In this document: positions 1-9,397 of the stretch, piece after piece
Position numbering within the stretch: the stretch's first letter is position 1
Layout: the number at the start of each line of letters is the position of its first letter
NCBI GenBank assembly: GCA_965203465.1
Contig: CBDBCR010000001.1
Location: 608,001 to 672,000 of the forward strand
Direction of reading: 5' to 3'
DNA length: 64,000 bases
Source: Nitrosopumilaceae archaeon
GTDB taxonomy: Archaea > Thermoproteota > Nitrososphaeria > Nitrososphaerales > Nitrosopumilaceae
Notes under the pieces: model-generated
What the model was told of the DNA's origin: nothing
The model's database searches: none
The model's input: the letters and a program-made list of their open reading frames with translations, nothing else
Position numbers and translations under genes: made by a program

Positions 1-2
1 TC

Positions 3-104
3 GCGGCCGCCTGCCCCGGCAGGCTCGACGTCCTCGGGGCCCGCAGGGTCAGGACCGTCGGGCCCGGATACCACCAGACGGTCGTGGACGCGCGCGTGCG
101 CTAG
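3..104 (+). CDS. 3' end of probable Trm5/Taw2 (Met-10-like) SAM-dependent tRNA-modifying enzyme (partial)
   Basis: Frame from base 3 reads ...LDVLGARRVRTVGPGYHQTVVDARVR*, resembling the C-terminal R-x-V-x-x-x-GP...V-x-D signature of Met-10-like proteins; only 33 codons are visible. Confidence 0.45.
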   Translation, partial: AAACPGRLDVLGARRVRTVGPGYHQTVVDARVR

Positions 105-319
105 CCGTCCGGCTCTGCCGACGCGGGCGACCTCTTGGTGGTGGCCATCGTGTACCCCGTCCAGGCGACGGTCCCGAGCACGGCGCCGACTATCATCAGA
201 ACCGACAGCTCTAGGACCACCGGGCCCCACTCGGAGACCATGACGAGGTAGGCGTACGCGAAAAAGGCCGGTATGCAGAGGCAGAATATCAGCACGCCGA
301 GGGCCCTGCGCCTTTCCAC
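101..319 (-). CDS. Small two-TM membrane protein
   Basis: 72 aa with two hydrophobic helices; same strand as and just downstream of the acetyltransferase. Confidence 0.7.
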   Translation of the reverse strand: MERRRALGVLIFCLCIPAFFAYAYLVMVSEWGPVVLELSVLMIVGAVLGTVAWTGYTMATTKRSPASAEPDG

Positions 320-349
320 CGCCGTGCCCGCCCCCCGGCGCTTATAATC

Positions 350-859
350 CTAGGCGCGATCCAGCTCCGCGGACATGAGGTATGCGTCCTCGCCGTCGCG
401 GTAGTACGAGTGCAGGCGCTGCCTGGAACTGAAGCCGAGCGCGCCGTACAGCTTTATGGCGCCGGCGTTGCTGCAGCGCACCTCTAGGTAAAACTCGTCG
501 CACGAGCGTATCCGGGCGCCGGTCACGGCCTCTTCGACGAGCGCCTTGCCCATGCCCCGCCCGCGGAACTCCGGCAGGACCGCCACCGAGACCATGTGGC
601 CCTTTTTTACGAAGCCGAGTTTCTTAAAGTTGGAAAACCCGAACTCGGTCTTGCACATGATGTACCCGGCGCACCTTCCGCCGGCCTCTGCGACCAGGAA
701 CGCCTCGGGCATCTCGGCGAGCAGGCTCTGGTAAAAGTAGTCCGTATAGTGCTCGGGCAGCGTCTTTAGGTTTATCTCCATGGCCGGTATCAGGTCTTCG
801 GGCCCGGCGCGCCGGACGACGCACCCGTCCATCTGGCGCAGGATCTGCCTCTTTGTCAT
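350..859 (-). CDS. rimI: N-terminal/ribosomal-protein acetyltransferase (Ard1/RimI, GNAT)
   Basis: LPEHY, GHMVSVAVLPEFRGRGMG acetyl-CoA motif, LEVRCSN..A..LY..LGF, YYRDGEDAY; start moved to the ATG at 859. Confidence 0.92.
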   Translation of the reverse strand: MTKRQILRQMDGCVVRRAGPEDLIPAMEINLKTLPEHYTDYFYQSLLAEMPEAFLVAEAGGRCAGYIMCKTEFGFSNFKKLGFVKKGHMVSVAVLPEFRGRGMGKALVEEAVTGARIRSCDEFYLEVRCSNAGAIKLYGALGFSSRQRLHSYYRDGEDAYLMSAELDRA

Positions 860-1038
860 CAAGGCGCGGGCAGCTCCGGAGAAATTATCAATATGCGGGG
901 GCCGCGCGCTAGGATATATGTGAGTTTTGAGCCGGGGCGCCCGGCAATGTGCTGCGTGGAGGCGACCCCGTCGGGCCCGGCGACTTTGAGTCAGCCGGGG
1001 GCATGGACGCACAAGATTGCACCGGGCGGGCCGAGATC

Positions 1039-2019
1039 ATGAAGGGCGTGATACTGCACGCGGGCAGCGGCACGCGCCTGCGCCCGCTCACGCGCGCGTG
1101 CCCAAAGCAGCTGCTGCCCGTGGCCAACAAGCCCATGTCCCAGTACGCGCTGGAGGACTTGCGCGAGGCGGGCATAACGCAGATAGCCGTGGTGGTCGAT
1201 GCCGCCCACCGCGGCAGGGTGTCGGGGTACTACGGGGACGGCTCGGGCTTTGGCGTCTCGATAACCTACGTGGAGCAGGACGCGCCGCGGGGCATATCGC
1301 ACGCCATAGGCCTGTGCCGGGAGTTCGTGGGCCGCGACAGGTTCGTAGCGTACCTGGGCGACAACATGATGCAGGGGGGCCTGCGCGCCCACGCCGAGGG
1401 GTTCGGCTCGGAGGCGATGGCGCTGCTCTGCCCCGTGGCCGATCCGTCGCGCTTCGGGATAGCGGAGCTGGACGCCGGCGGGGCCGTGCGCAGAATAACC
1501 GAAAAGCCCGAGGATCCGGCGTCCAACCTGGCAGTGATCGGGGTGTATTTCCTGAGCCCGTCCATATTCGACGTCATAGGCTCGCTGGAGCCGTCCGGCA
1601 GGGGCGAGCTGGAGATAACCGACGCCCTGCAGATCGTGCTCGATTCGGGGGGGCTGGAGCACCGCGTGGTGCGGGGCTGGTGGAAGGACGCCGGTACCCC
1701 GGAGGACATGCTGGAGGCAAACAGGCTCGCGCTCGGCGCGCGGGCGCGCGCGGGCGGCTCTTGCCTGATGCGCAAGACGCGGCTGGACGGGCCGGCGCTG
1801 GTGGGCGAGGGCTGCACCGTGGATCACTCCAAGCTCGGACCCAACGTCTCGGTGGGCGAGGGATGCACCGTCAGGGGCTGCGCCGTGCGCGATTCCATAA
1901 TCATGCCCGGCTGCGTGCTCGAATCGGGCACCATATCGGGCAGCATAATCGGGGCCGGCTCGCGCGTGCGCGGCGACCTAGAGGGCGCGCTGCTGGCAGA
2001 AGGGTCGGTCCGGGAGTGA
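1039..2019 (+). CDS. Glucose-1-phosphate thymidylyltransferase (long form with hexapeptide-like C-terminus)
   Basis: MKGVILHAGSGTRLRPLT...PKQLLPVANKP, YLGDN, EKP, SGRGELEITDA, WWKDAGTPED. Confidence 0.92.
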   Translation: MKGVILHAGSGTRLRPLTRACPKQLLPVANKPMSQYALEDLREAGITQIAVVVDAAHRGRVSGYYGDGSGFGVSITYVEQDAPRGISHAIGLCREFVGRDRFVAYLGDNMMQGGLRAHAEGFGSEAMALLCPVADPSRFGIAELDAGGAVRRITEKPEDPASNLAVIGVYFLSPSIFDVIGSLEPSGRGELEITDALQIVLDSGGLEHRVVRGWWKDAGTPEDMLEANRLALGARARAGGSCLMRKTRLDGPALVGEGCTVDHSKLGPNVSVGEGCTVRGCAVRDSIIMPGCVLESGTISGSIIGAGSRVRGDLEGALLAEGSVRE

Positions 2020-2085
2020 GCCGCCCGCGGCGCTAGGTTATATTGGACGCGGGGAAAACCGCGGCATGGGCGGGGCTGGGCGGCG

Positions 2086-2829
2086 GTGATATTCATACTG
2101 GGCGGCTCGGGGTTCGTCGGCTCTGCGTTCGCCCGGTTCTGCGACGCGGAGGGGCTGGACCACGAGGTCGTCACGCGCTCCAACTACGCCCGGCACGCCG
2201 GCAGGCGGTGCGAGACGCTCGTCGCGGCCCACGGCAACTCGAGCAAGCTGCTCGGGCGCCGGGACCCGGTGGCGGACTTTGAGCGCACCGTCTCTGCGGT
2301 CAAGAAGAGCCTGGCCGACTTTGGCTTTTCCCGGTACGTCCTCACCTCTTCGTGCGACGTGTACCCCGACTGCTCCTCGCCCGGGGCCACCGGCGAGGGC
2401 TCGGTGCCGCCGGCAGCGCGGCACCCGTACGGCTTCCACAAGCACCTGGCCGAGCAGTGCGCCCTGCACGCGTGCCCCGGCGCGCTGGTGCTGCGCCTCG
2501 GGGGGATGGTGGGGCCGGGCCTGAAGAAAAACCCCGTCTACGACATACTGCGCGGGGGGCCGCTCTGGATATCGCCGGACAGCCGGCTGCAGTACATGCA
2601 CACCGACGACGTGGCCCGCATCGCGATGGGGCTGGAGGGGGGCACGTACAACCTGTGCGGGTCGGGCACCGTCCGCGTAGGGGACCTGCCCGGCGCGGAG
2701 GGCGTGGAGGTGGCAGACGGCGCGCCGCGCGTGACATACGACGTCGACGTGAGCAAGATATCTGCCGAGGCCCGCCTGCCCCGATCCGAAAGGGCGGTGC
2801 GAGAGTTCATGCGCGAGCCTGGCGTATAA
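2086..2829 (+). CDS. NAD-dependent epimerase/dehydratase (extended SDR)
   Basis: GGSGFVG Rossmann motif, SS..VY, YGFHK (YxxxK). Confidence 0.85.
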   Translation: MIFILGGSGFVGSAFARFCDAEGLDHEVVTRSNYARHAGRRCETLVAAHGNSSKLLGRRDPVADFERTVSAVKKSLADFGFSRYVLTSSCDVYPDCSSPGATGEGSVPPAARHPYGFHKHLAEQCALHACPGALVLRLGGMVGPGLKKNPVYDILRGGPLWISPDSRLQYMHTDDVARIAMGLEGGTYNLCGSGTVRVGDLPGAEGVEVADGAPRVTYDVDVSKISAEARLPRSERAVREFMREPGV

Positions 2830-2868
2830 ACTTTAAATGATACAATACCTGTCGAAGAATCCGGGCCG

Positions 2869-3411
2869 TCATCCGGGCTCCGGGCCGCCGCGGAACGATC
2901 CGCCGCCTATCATCCCGACGAGAGCTTTCACGGCCTCGTCGGGGGTCGGCGCGCCGACTATCCGGGCGCGCTTCCTGTGGTCCAGGTGCTTTCCTGCGTA
3001 CGCGTCGGCGACGCCTCCGGTGCCCAGCACCGCGACCGTCGGCTTGCCGTGCATGTACGCGGCGCACGCCTCCGAGAGCGTGCCGACCCCGCCCCCGACT
3101 ATCACCAGGCCGTCGGCGGCCAGGGCGTTGAGAAAGTCGCGCGTCATGCCCATGCCGCTTGGCACCACCACCTGGCAGTACCGGTTGGCCGAGGCCGCGT
3201 CGTCCTGCGGTATTATCCCAACCGTCAGGCCGCCCGCCTCCGAGGCGCCCCTGCACGCCTCCTCCATGACGCCGCCGAGGCCGCCGGTGATCAGCACCGA
3301 GCCGGATTCGGCGACGCACCTGCCCACCCGGTAGGCTATCCGGCCGTGCTCGGGCAGAAACCCGTCCTCGCTGTAGCCGATCACGGCTATCTGCCGGTAC
3401 CTTGCAGGCAC
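2869..3411 (-). CDS. LOG/SLOG-family (TIGR00725-like) Rossmann nucleotide-binding protein
   Basis: TGGLGGVMEEACRGA, VGIIP, GGGVGTLSE. Confidence 0.85.
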   Translation of the reverse strand: MPARYRQIAVIGYSEDGFLPEHGRIAYRVGRCVAESGSVLITGGLGGVMEEACRGASEAGGLTVGIIPQDDAASANRYCQVVVPSGMGMTRDFLNALAADGLVIVGGGVGTLSEACAAYMHGKPTVAVLGTGGVADAYAGKHLDHRKRARIVGAPTPDEAVKALVGMIGGGSFRGGPEPG

Positions 3412-3533
3412 GGGGGGCCTCGGCCGGGCGGGCCTAAAACCCTACCGGCCGCTGAATTTTGCAGGCGCAAAATTTAAGCGGCGCTAAACTTCATATTAGA
3501 ACCGGTTATCTAGCATCCGTGGCCGGCCAACCC

Positions 3534-4736
3534 GTGGCAAGGACGTTCCTAAGGTGCAGGGAGTGCGGCAAAGAGCGCGAGGCGGACTTTCTGTACGTGT
3601 GCGACGAGTGCTTTGGGCCCCTGGACGTAAAGTACCGCTTTCCGAGCGTCTCGAGGGGGTCGTTTGAGGGCAGGGAGCAGACCTACTGGAGGTACTTTGA
3701 GATGCTGCCCATCGAGGACAAAAAGAACATCGTCAGCATAGACGCGGGCATGACCCCGCTGGTAAAGGCCGAAAAGCTGGGCGCCGAGCTGGGCCTGGAC
3801 AACCTGTACGTCAAGAACGATTCGGTAAACCCGACCTTTTCGTTCAAGGACAGGCCGGCCGGCGTGGCCGTCTCGAAGGCGCGCGAGTTCGGCCTCGGCG
3901 CAGTGGGCTGCGCATCGACCGGGAACTTGGCCTCGGCCACCGCCGCGCACGCCGCGCGCGCGGGGCTGGAGTGCCACGTGTACGCCCCGGGCGACATCGA
4001 GATGGCAAAGATCGCGCAGGCCCTCTCGTACGGGGCCAACTTCGTGGCCGTCGACGGCACCTACGACGACGCCAACAGGATGGCCGCGCAAAAAGGGGAC
4101 CGCCTGGGGCACGGCATCGTAAACATCAACATGCGCTCGTACTACGTGGAGGGCTCCAAGACGCTGGCCTACGAGGCGGCCGAGCAGCTCGGCTGGAGCG
4201 TGCCGGACCGGATAGTGGTGCCGGTGGGCAGCGGCGCCATGCTCAATTCCATATGCAAGGGGTTCGAAGAGCTCGAAGAGCTGTCGCTTACCGGCACCGC
4301 GAAGGGCATGCGGGTGGCAGCGGCCCAGCCGCGCGGGTGCGCGCCGATAGTAAAGGCGTACGAGGCCGGCGAGGCGCGCGTGCGGCCCGTCGAAAAGCCG
4401 CGGACCGTGGCAAAGAGCCTGGCCATCGGGGATCCGGGCGACGGCGCGTACGTGCTGCGCCGCCTCGAGCAGTACCGGGGCACGGCGCGCGAGGCGGGCG
4501 ACCGCGAGATACTCGAGGCCATACTGCTCCTTGCGCGCACCGAGGGGATATTCACCGAGCCGGCCGGCGGGGTCTCGGTGGCCGTGCTGCGCAGGATGGC
4601 CGAGCAGAACCTCATAGGCAGGGACGAAAAGGTCGTCTGCTACGTGACCGGCAACGGGCTAAAGGCGACCGGACCGCTCATGGACGTGCTGGAAAAGCCG
4701 CGCCTGGTGCGGCCCGACGCGGGGGTGGCCGCATGA
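3534..4736 (+). CDS. thrC: Threonine synthase
   Basis: N-terminal CRECG..CDEC Zn ribbon, NPTFSFKDR PLP-lysine motif, ASTGN, VPVGSG, EGIFTEPAGG, TGNGLK. Confidence 0.93.
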   Translation: MARTFLRCRECGKEREADFLYVCDECFGPLDVKYRFPSVSRGSFEGREQTYWRYFEMLPIEDKKNIVSIDAGMTPLVKAEKLGAELGLDNLYVKNDSVNPTFSFKDRPAGVAVSKAREFGLGAVGCASTGNLASATAAHAARAGLECHVYAPGDIEMAKIAQALSYGANFVAVDGTYDDANRMAAQKGDRLGHGIVNINMRSYYVEGSKTLAYEAAEQLGWSVPDRIVVPVGSGAMLNSICKGFEELEELSLTGTAKGMRVAAAQPRGCAPIVKAYEAGEARVRPVEKPRTVAKSLAIGDPGDGAYVLRRLEQYRGTAREAGDREILEAILLLARTEGIFTEPAGGVSVAVLRRMAEQNLIGRDEKVVCYVTGNGLKATGPLMDVLEKPRLVRPDAGVAA

Positions 4737-6061
4737 GCAAGATAGCTTTCGTGGTGCCGTCGGTCCTCAACAAGGGCGGCGGCGAAAGGAGGCTGGAGCT
4801 GTCCGCGGCGACCGCCGGCGAGGCGTTCGCAAAGGCGGCAGAGCAGATGGGCGATGACTTTGCCAGGCGCGTGCTCGAGCCGGACGGCTCGCCGCGCTCG
4901 CTGATAAACGTGTACATCAACGGCAAGAACGCCGACTTTGCCGGGGGCGCAGAGGCGCCCCTCTCGGACGGCGACGAGCTGTACATACTGCCCGCCGTCG
5001 CGGGCGGCTCGCTCTCAGAGGCCGAGCTGGACAGGTTCTCGAGGCAGGTGATGCTCGAAGAGATCGGCTACGGGGGGCAGCTGAAACTGAAAAACGCGCG
5101 CGCCTGCATCGTGGGCGCCGGCGGCCTGGGCAACCCGATAGCCGAGCGCCTGGCCGCGATGGGCATAGGGGCCATCCGGCTGGTGGACCGCGACGTAATC
5201 GAGACGTCCAACCTGCACAGGCAGACGCTGTACGACGACGCCGACGTGGGGCAGGTAAAGGTCGAGGCCGCCGCGCGCAAGCTGGCCCGGCTGGGCCCCT
5301 CGTGCAGGCTCGAGGCGCTGGCCATGTCCGTAAACGAGTACACCGCCCCCGAGGCGGTCTCCGGGTGCGACGTGGTCATCGACGCGCTCGACAGCGTCGA
5401 TGCCCGCTACGCGCTCAACAGGGCCTGCGCGGAGGCCAAGATACCGTTCGTGACGGGGGCCGCCGTCGGGGTCTCGGGGCAGGCCTTTACTGTGCTGCCC
5501 GGCGAATCGGCGTGCTACCACTGCATGTTCCCGTCGCTGGACGAGGAAAAGATGCCCACCTGCAGCATAGAGGGAGTCCACCCTTCCGTGCTTTCCGTGA
5601 TCGGGGGCATAGAGGTGGCCGAGGCGGTGCGCGTGATACTGGGGCAGCGGCCCGCGCTGGCCGGCAGCATGCTGCACGTCAACATATCCACGATGGACTT
5701 TGAAAAGGTGCGCACGTTCAGGGCGCAAGAGTGCGCCGTGTGCGGCTCGGGCAAGAGGGCCGAGGCGCCCAAAAAGGATCTCATCGTGGAAGAACTGTGC
5801 GGCAGGGGGCGCGGCAAGAGGACGTTTTCGATCACGCCGACCGGCCCGTTCAGGCTGGACGCGGGCTCGGTGGCCGCTGCCGCCCAGAGGCGCGATCTGG
5901 CCTCCGAAGACATGGGCGAGCTGGGCCTCTCGCTGCGCAACCAGGACTATTCGGTCAGCATCATGAACCGCGGCTCGGCCGTGATCGTGGGCGCGCGCGA
6001 CGAGGACGAGGCCGTCTCGATGTACCGCTCGCTGGTGGGCGGCGCGCCGGGGCCCCGATAG
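4733..6061 (+). CDS. moeB: MoaD/ThiS ubiquitin-like domain fused to MoeB/ThiF adenylyltransferase
   Basis: ATGA overlap with the thrC stop; Ubl domain ending PAVAGG, then RFSRQ, VGAGGLG, DRDVIETSNLHRQ, CYHC, CAVC. Confidence 0.92.
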   Translation: MSKIAFVVPSVLNKGGGERRLELSAATAGEAFAKAAEQMGDDFARRVLEPDGSPRSLINVYINGKNADFAGGAEAPLSDGDELYILPAVAGGSLSEAELDRFSRQVMLEEIGYGGQLKLKNARACIVGAGGLGNPIAERLAAMGIGAIRLVDRDVIETSNLHRQTLYDDADVGQVKVEAAARKLARLGPSCRLEALAMSVNEYTAPEAVSGCDVVIDALDSVDARYALNRACAEAKIPFVTGAAVGVSGQAFTVLPGESACYHCMFPSLDEEKMPTCSIEGVHPSVLSVIGGIEVAEAVRVILGQRPALAGSMLHVNISTMDFEKVRTFRAQECAVCGSGKRAEAPKKDLIVEELCGRGRGKRTFSITPTGPFRLDAGSVAAAAQRRDLASEDMGELGLSLRNQDYSVSIMNRGSAVIVGARDEDEAVSMYRSLVGGAPGPR

Positions 6062-6092
6062 GTTAAATACGCGCCGCCCGCGCCGAGGCTCC

Positions 6093-6512
6093 GTGAAGCT
6101 CGTTCTGGCCGCCGCGGTGCTCGGCTTGGCCGCAGCCGCCCAGCCTGCCTGGGCGCAGTCGGACCTGTACGTGCACGTGCAGACGATACTGCGCGACTCC
6201 GACGGCACGCTGATAGCGTACCTGGAATCCTCAAAGTTTACGGATCTCAACCTTGCGTTCATGGACAATTTCCTGGATCTGGAGGCCTCGCGCGAAGCGC
6301 CGGCCATAGTGGACCTGGGGGGGCAGTTCTTCGAGGTGATACGGCGCGTGCAGGTGGTGCCAATAGACACGTACACCGTGGTCGCCAGCACCAACCTGAC
6401 CTACGAAGTCGGCGGGCAGACGCAGCTGCTCGCGCGGTTCGCCCACAACGGGTACCCCACGGTGCCGGGCGACACGCTGGAGTCCATCTGGACGTTCGTG
6501 CGCCCCGCGTAG
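6093..6512 (+). CDS. Secreted hypothetical protein
   Basis: Signal peptide ending AWA-Q; TTAAATA box about 25 bp upstream. Confidence 0.75.
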   Translation: MKLVLAAAVLGLAAAAQPAWAQSDLYVHVQTILRDSDGTLIAYLESSKFTDLNLAFMDNFLDLEASREAPAIVDLGGQFFEVIRRVQVVPIDTYTVVASTNLTYEVGGQTQLLARFAHNGYPTVPGDTLESIWTFVRPA

Positions 6513-6545
6513 GGAATCTTAGTTGGCGCGCCTGCGCGGGCCGCC

Positions 6546-6710
6546 GTGAACAGGGCCGTAAAGGTGCCCATGTGGCAGCACGCGTGCGAGCGCTGCGGCT
6601 ACCGCTGGACCACGAAAAAGAGGCTGCCGGGCAACTGCGCGCGCTGCAACTCGCCGTACTGGAACAAGGCGAGGCTGCCGACCGGGTGGGTGTACGTGGG
6701 CAAAAAGTGA
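6546..6710 (+). CDS. Small Zn-ribbon protein (54 aa, absent from ORF track)
   Basis: VNRAVKVPMWQHACERCGYRWTTKKRLPGNCARCNSPYWNKARLPTGWVYVGKK: CxxC-x13-CxxC-xSPYW. Confidence 0.75.
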   Translation: MNRAVKVPMWQHACERCGYRWTTKKRLPGNCARCNSPYWNKARLPTGWVYVGKK

Positions 6711-6717
6711 CCCGTTT

Positions 6718-8082
6718 TCAGGCCGCCGCCTCTTGCCGCCCGGTCTTTCCTAGCACGGCGCCCACCCCGATGGCCACGAACGCGATCAGGGGCAGGAACC
6801 TGTACGGCTGGTTGGTCTGGTCGGAAAAGCCGGTCAAAAACGGGGCTATGAGGAGCATCCCCGAGATCATCACCATTATGGAATCGGCGTGCCGCATGCC
6901 CAGGCGCGAGGCCGCCGTCAGGCCCACCAGCAGGGGCATGAGCAGCACCAGCACGAGGCCGTCGAAGCGCATCTGGTAGGCAAACGAGGTGAACCCCTCC
7001 CAGAACTCCGAGGCCGAGAACGCCTCCTGCCTGCCCGTGATGAGGTCGGTGCTGGTGCCCTGCACGACAAAGACCGTCGCCATGATGACGAGCACCATGG
7101 CCGTGCCCACGGCCATGACTATCCTGCGCCTGGCGGGCAGGCCCGAGCGCAGCACGAAATAGACGGACATGGGGAGGAACGCCACGGTCAGCGCCTTTGC
7201 CGGTATGGACAGCAGGTAGAACGCCGGCGCGGCCTGCCACAGCCTGACGACCAGGTATATCGACGTCAGGTACAGGAGCGCCCAAAAGCTGTCGTACGTC
7301 ACGCTCGTATCGTACGTGAGGAATATGCCGCTCTGCATGAGCACGGCGGCCGAGATCAGAGCGGCGAAGCGCTTGCCCGATATCGTGCGCGCGGTCTCAA
7401 AGACCAGCAGGATCAGCGCGATGCTCGAGACGAACGGCAGCACCGCGTAGTTGCCGAACGCCTGCATGGACGCGTATATGAAGGCGTACTTTACGTGCGG
7501 CTCGGTGGACGTCAGGGCCGTCTCCGGAGTCCAGGTCTCCATCCTGGCGAGTATCCCGGCGTAGTCTTCCCACTCCTCGTCCTCGTACAGCTCGCCGTAG
7601 CTGAGCGCCGCGTACGGCACCAGCATGGCCGCAAGGACCGCGTACGAGACGTTTCTGGAGACCTCGAAGCGGAACGGGGCCGCTATCACGCGCGTAATCC
7701 GGTGGGGAAGCATCCCCATGTACTGCATGAACCCTACGCCCAGTATGGCCGCGCCGCCGGCGAGCACGGGCGCGGCCCACGGCCCGAACTCGTAGACGCC
7801 AGGCCCCGTGTAGTCGAGGCCCGGCACGGGCGCCTGGCCAGTCGAGGTCATGGCCGCGGGGAACACCACCGAGATCATGCTGATGCCGGTCACCACGACC
7901 GCGAAGAAAAAGACCGCCGTCGAGGCGCGGTTGTCCCTCTCTGCGGTCCTGCGCGCCTTTTTGTGCCGCCGGACGGGCGCCTCTGCCGGCTCGGGCGCCT
8001 TCGGCTCCGGAACCTTGGGCTCGGCCTTCGGCTCCGCGTCTGCGGGCCCGGATCTGAAATGCCGCCTTTTCCTGCGCGCCAT
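6718..8082 (-). CDS. Multi-TM membrane protein, GT-C/PMT-like glycosyltransferase candidate
   Basis: About 10 TM helices with an acidic EDEE loop after an early helix; lies in the glycosylation cluster; start at ATG 8082. Confidence 0.6.
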   Translation of the reverse strand: MARRKRRHFRSGPADAEPKAEPKVPEPKAPEPAEAPVRRHKKARRTAERDNRASTAVFFFAVVVTGISMISVVFPAAMTSTGQAPVPGLDYTGPGVYEFGPWAAPVLAGGAAILGVGFMQYMGMLPHRITRVIAAPFRFEVSRNVSYAVLAAMLVPYAALSYGELYEDEEWEDYAGILARMETWTPETALTSTEPHVKYAFIYASMQAFGNYAVLPFVSSIALILLVFETARTISGKRFAALISAAVLMQSGIFLTYDTSVTYDSFWALLYLTSIYLVVRLWQAAPAFYLLSIPAKALTVAFLPMSVYFVLRSGLPARRRIVMAVGTAMVLVIMATVFVVQGTSTDLITGRQEAFSASEFWEGFTSFAYQMRFDGLVLVLLMPLLVGLTAASRLGMRHADSIMVMISGMLLIAPFLTGFSDQTNQPYRFLPLIAFVAIGVGAVLGKTGRQEAAA

Positions 8083-8359
8083 GGCGCGGCCCCCGGGGGG
8101 CCGATAATAAAGGATTGTCTGGAGGGCCGGCCGCCGGAGCGCGTGCCGCAAGACCTGTCTCCGGCCAGCAGAGTCCGGCCGACGGACCTCGGATGTTTTA
8201 CGGGCCGAGCCGGTTTCGCGTCGGCCGGCCGACGCAAATTGTGCGCCGCCCCGCCGCAAGCCGGTGCATGCGGGGCGAAAACTCTCGCGGGCCTGCCTTG
8301 GGCGGTTACTTGCTCGAGGTGCCGCCCGGGCCGGACGCCCTCCCCCGATAGGCACTTAA

Positions 8360-9397
8360 GTGAAACGGCGGCCGCGCGCGCCGTTGGACATCCCGCTGAG
8401 CCTCGATCCGAGCGGAATGCACCGGGCATACGACGACTGGCCGCGGCTCGCGCGCGAGGCGTACGAGCAGCGCCCAGAGCCCGCCATGGACTACCGCTTC
8501 GATCACGTGGTGTTCGCCGGCATGGGCGGCTCGGGGGCGCTCGGAGAGATATTCCACTCGCTGCTCTCGCGCTCGCCTGTCCATGTGGACATAGTCAAGG
8601 GGTACCGGCTCCCGTACACCACCGGGCCCGGCTCGCTGGTGGTGGCAACGAGCGTCTCGGGGCAGACGGCCGAGACCATATCGGCGCTGCGCTCGGCGCA
8701 AAAGACCGGGTGCAGGGCGGTCGGGTTTTCGTCCGGCGGCCTGCTGCAGGAGATATGCCGCAGGGACGGCATACCGCACTACCGGATAGGCGAGGTGCAC
8801 TCGCCGCGCGCCTCGCTCGTCTCCTACCTGTATTCCATGATAGGGGCGCTCGGGCCCGTCCTGCAGCTCGGCCCCTCGGACGCAGAAGAATCGCTCGGCC
8901 ACCTGAGCTCGCTGGCGGCCCGCGTATCGTCGTCCAACCGCGACGGCAACCAGTCCCTCGAGCTTGCGTCCTGGCTGTCGGGCACGCCGGTGATACTGTA
9001 CCCGTGGGGCCTGCGCGCCGCGGCCGTCCGGTTCAAAAACTCGCTCCAGGAGAACGCAAAGATGCACGCCATGACCGAGGACATCATAGAGTCGTGCCAC
9101 AACGGCATCGTCGGGTGGGAGTCCGCCTCGGACGCGCGGCCGGTCATGATACGGGGGCACGGCGACGGGCAGACCACGCGCGAGCGCTGGAAGGTGATGT
9201 CGGAGTACTTTGCCAGCCGCTCCGTGGAGTTCCGGGAGGTGTCATCGCCGGCCGGCTCGCTGCTCACAAAGCTGGTCGGCCTCATATACGTGCTGGACTA
9301 CGCGTCGGTGTACCTTGCGCTGCTGCGCGGCGCCGACCCCGCGCCGGTCGAATCCATCGACTACGTAAAGTCACGGATCGGCCCCGGCCAGGCTTGA
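8360..9397 (+). CDS. SIS-domain bifunctional phosphoglucose/phosphomannose isomerase-like protein
   Basis: GMGGSG, SVSGQTAET, SPRAS, ENAK, ESCHNGIVGW. Confidence 0.88.
   Translation: MKRRPRAPLDIPLSLDPSGMHRAYDDWPRLAREAYEQRPEPAMDYRFDHVVFAGMGGSGALGEIFHSLLSRSPVHVDIVKGYRLPYTTGPGSLVVATSVSGQTAETISALRSAQKTGCRAVGFSSGGLLQEICRRDGIPHYRIGEVHSPRASLVSYLYSMIGALGPVLQLGPSDAEESLGHLSSLAARVSSSNRDGNQSLELASWLSGTPVILYPWGLRAAAVRFKNSLQENAKMHAMTEDIIESCHNGIVGWESASDARPVMIRGHGDGQTTRERWKVMSEYFASRSVEFREVSSPAGSLLTKLVGLIYVLDYASVYLALLRGADPAPVESIDYVKSRIGPGQA

Noticed and set aside
4733-6061. Ubl-E1 fusion as the missing Ubl of the Bil-like operon
   Set aside because: Typical thaumarchaeal MoaD/ThiS-MoeB housekeeping gene coupled to thrC; nothing links it to the island
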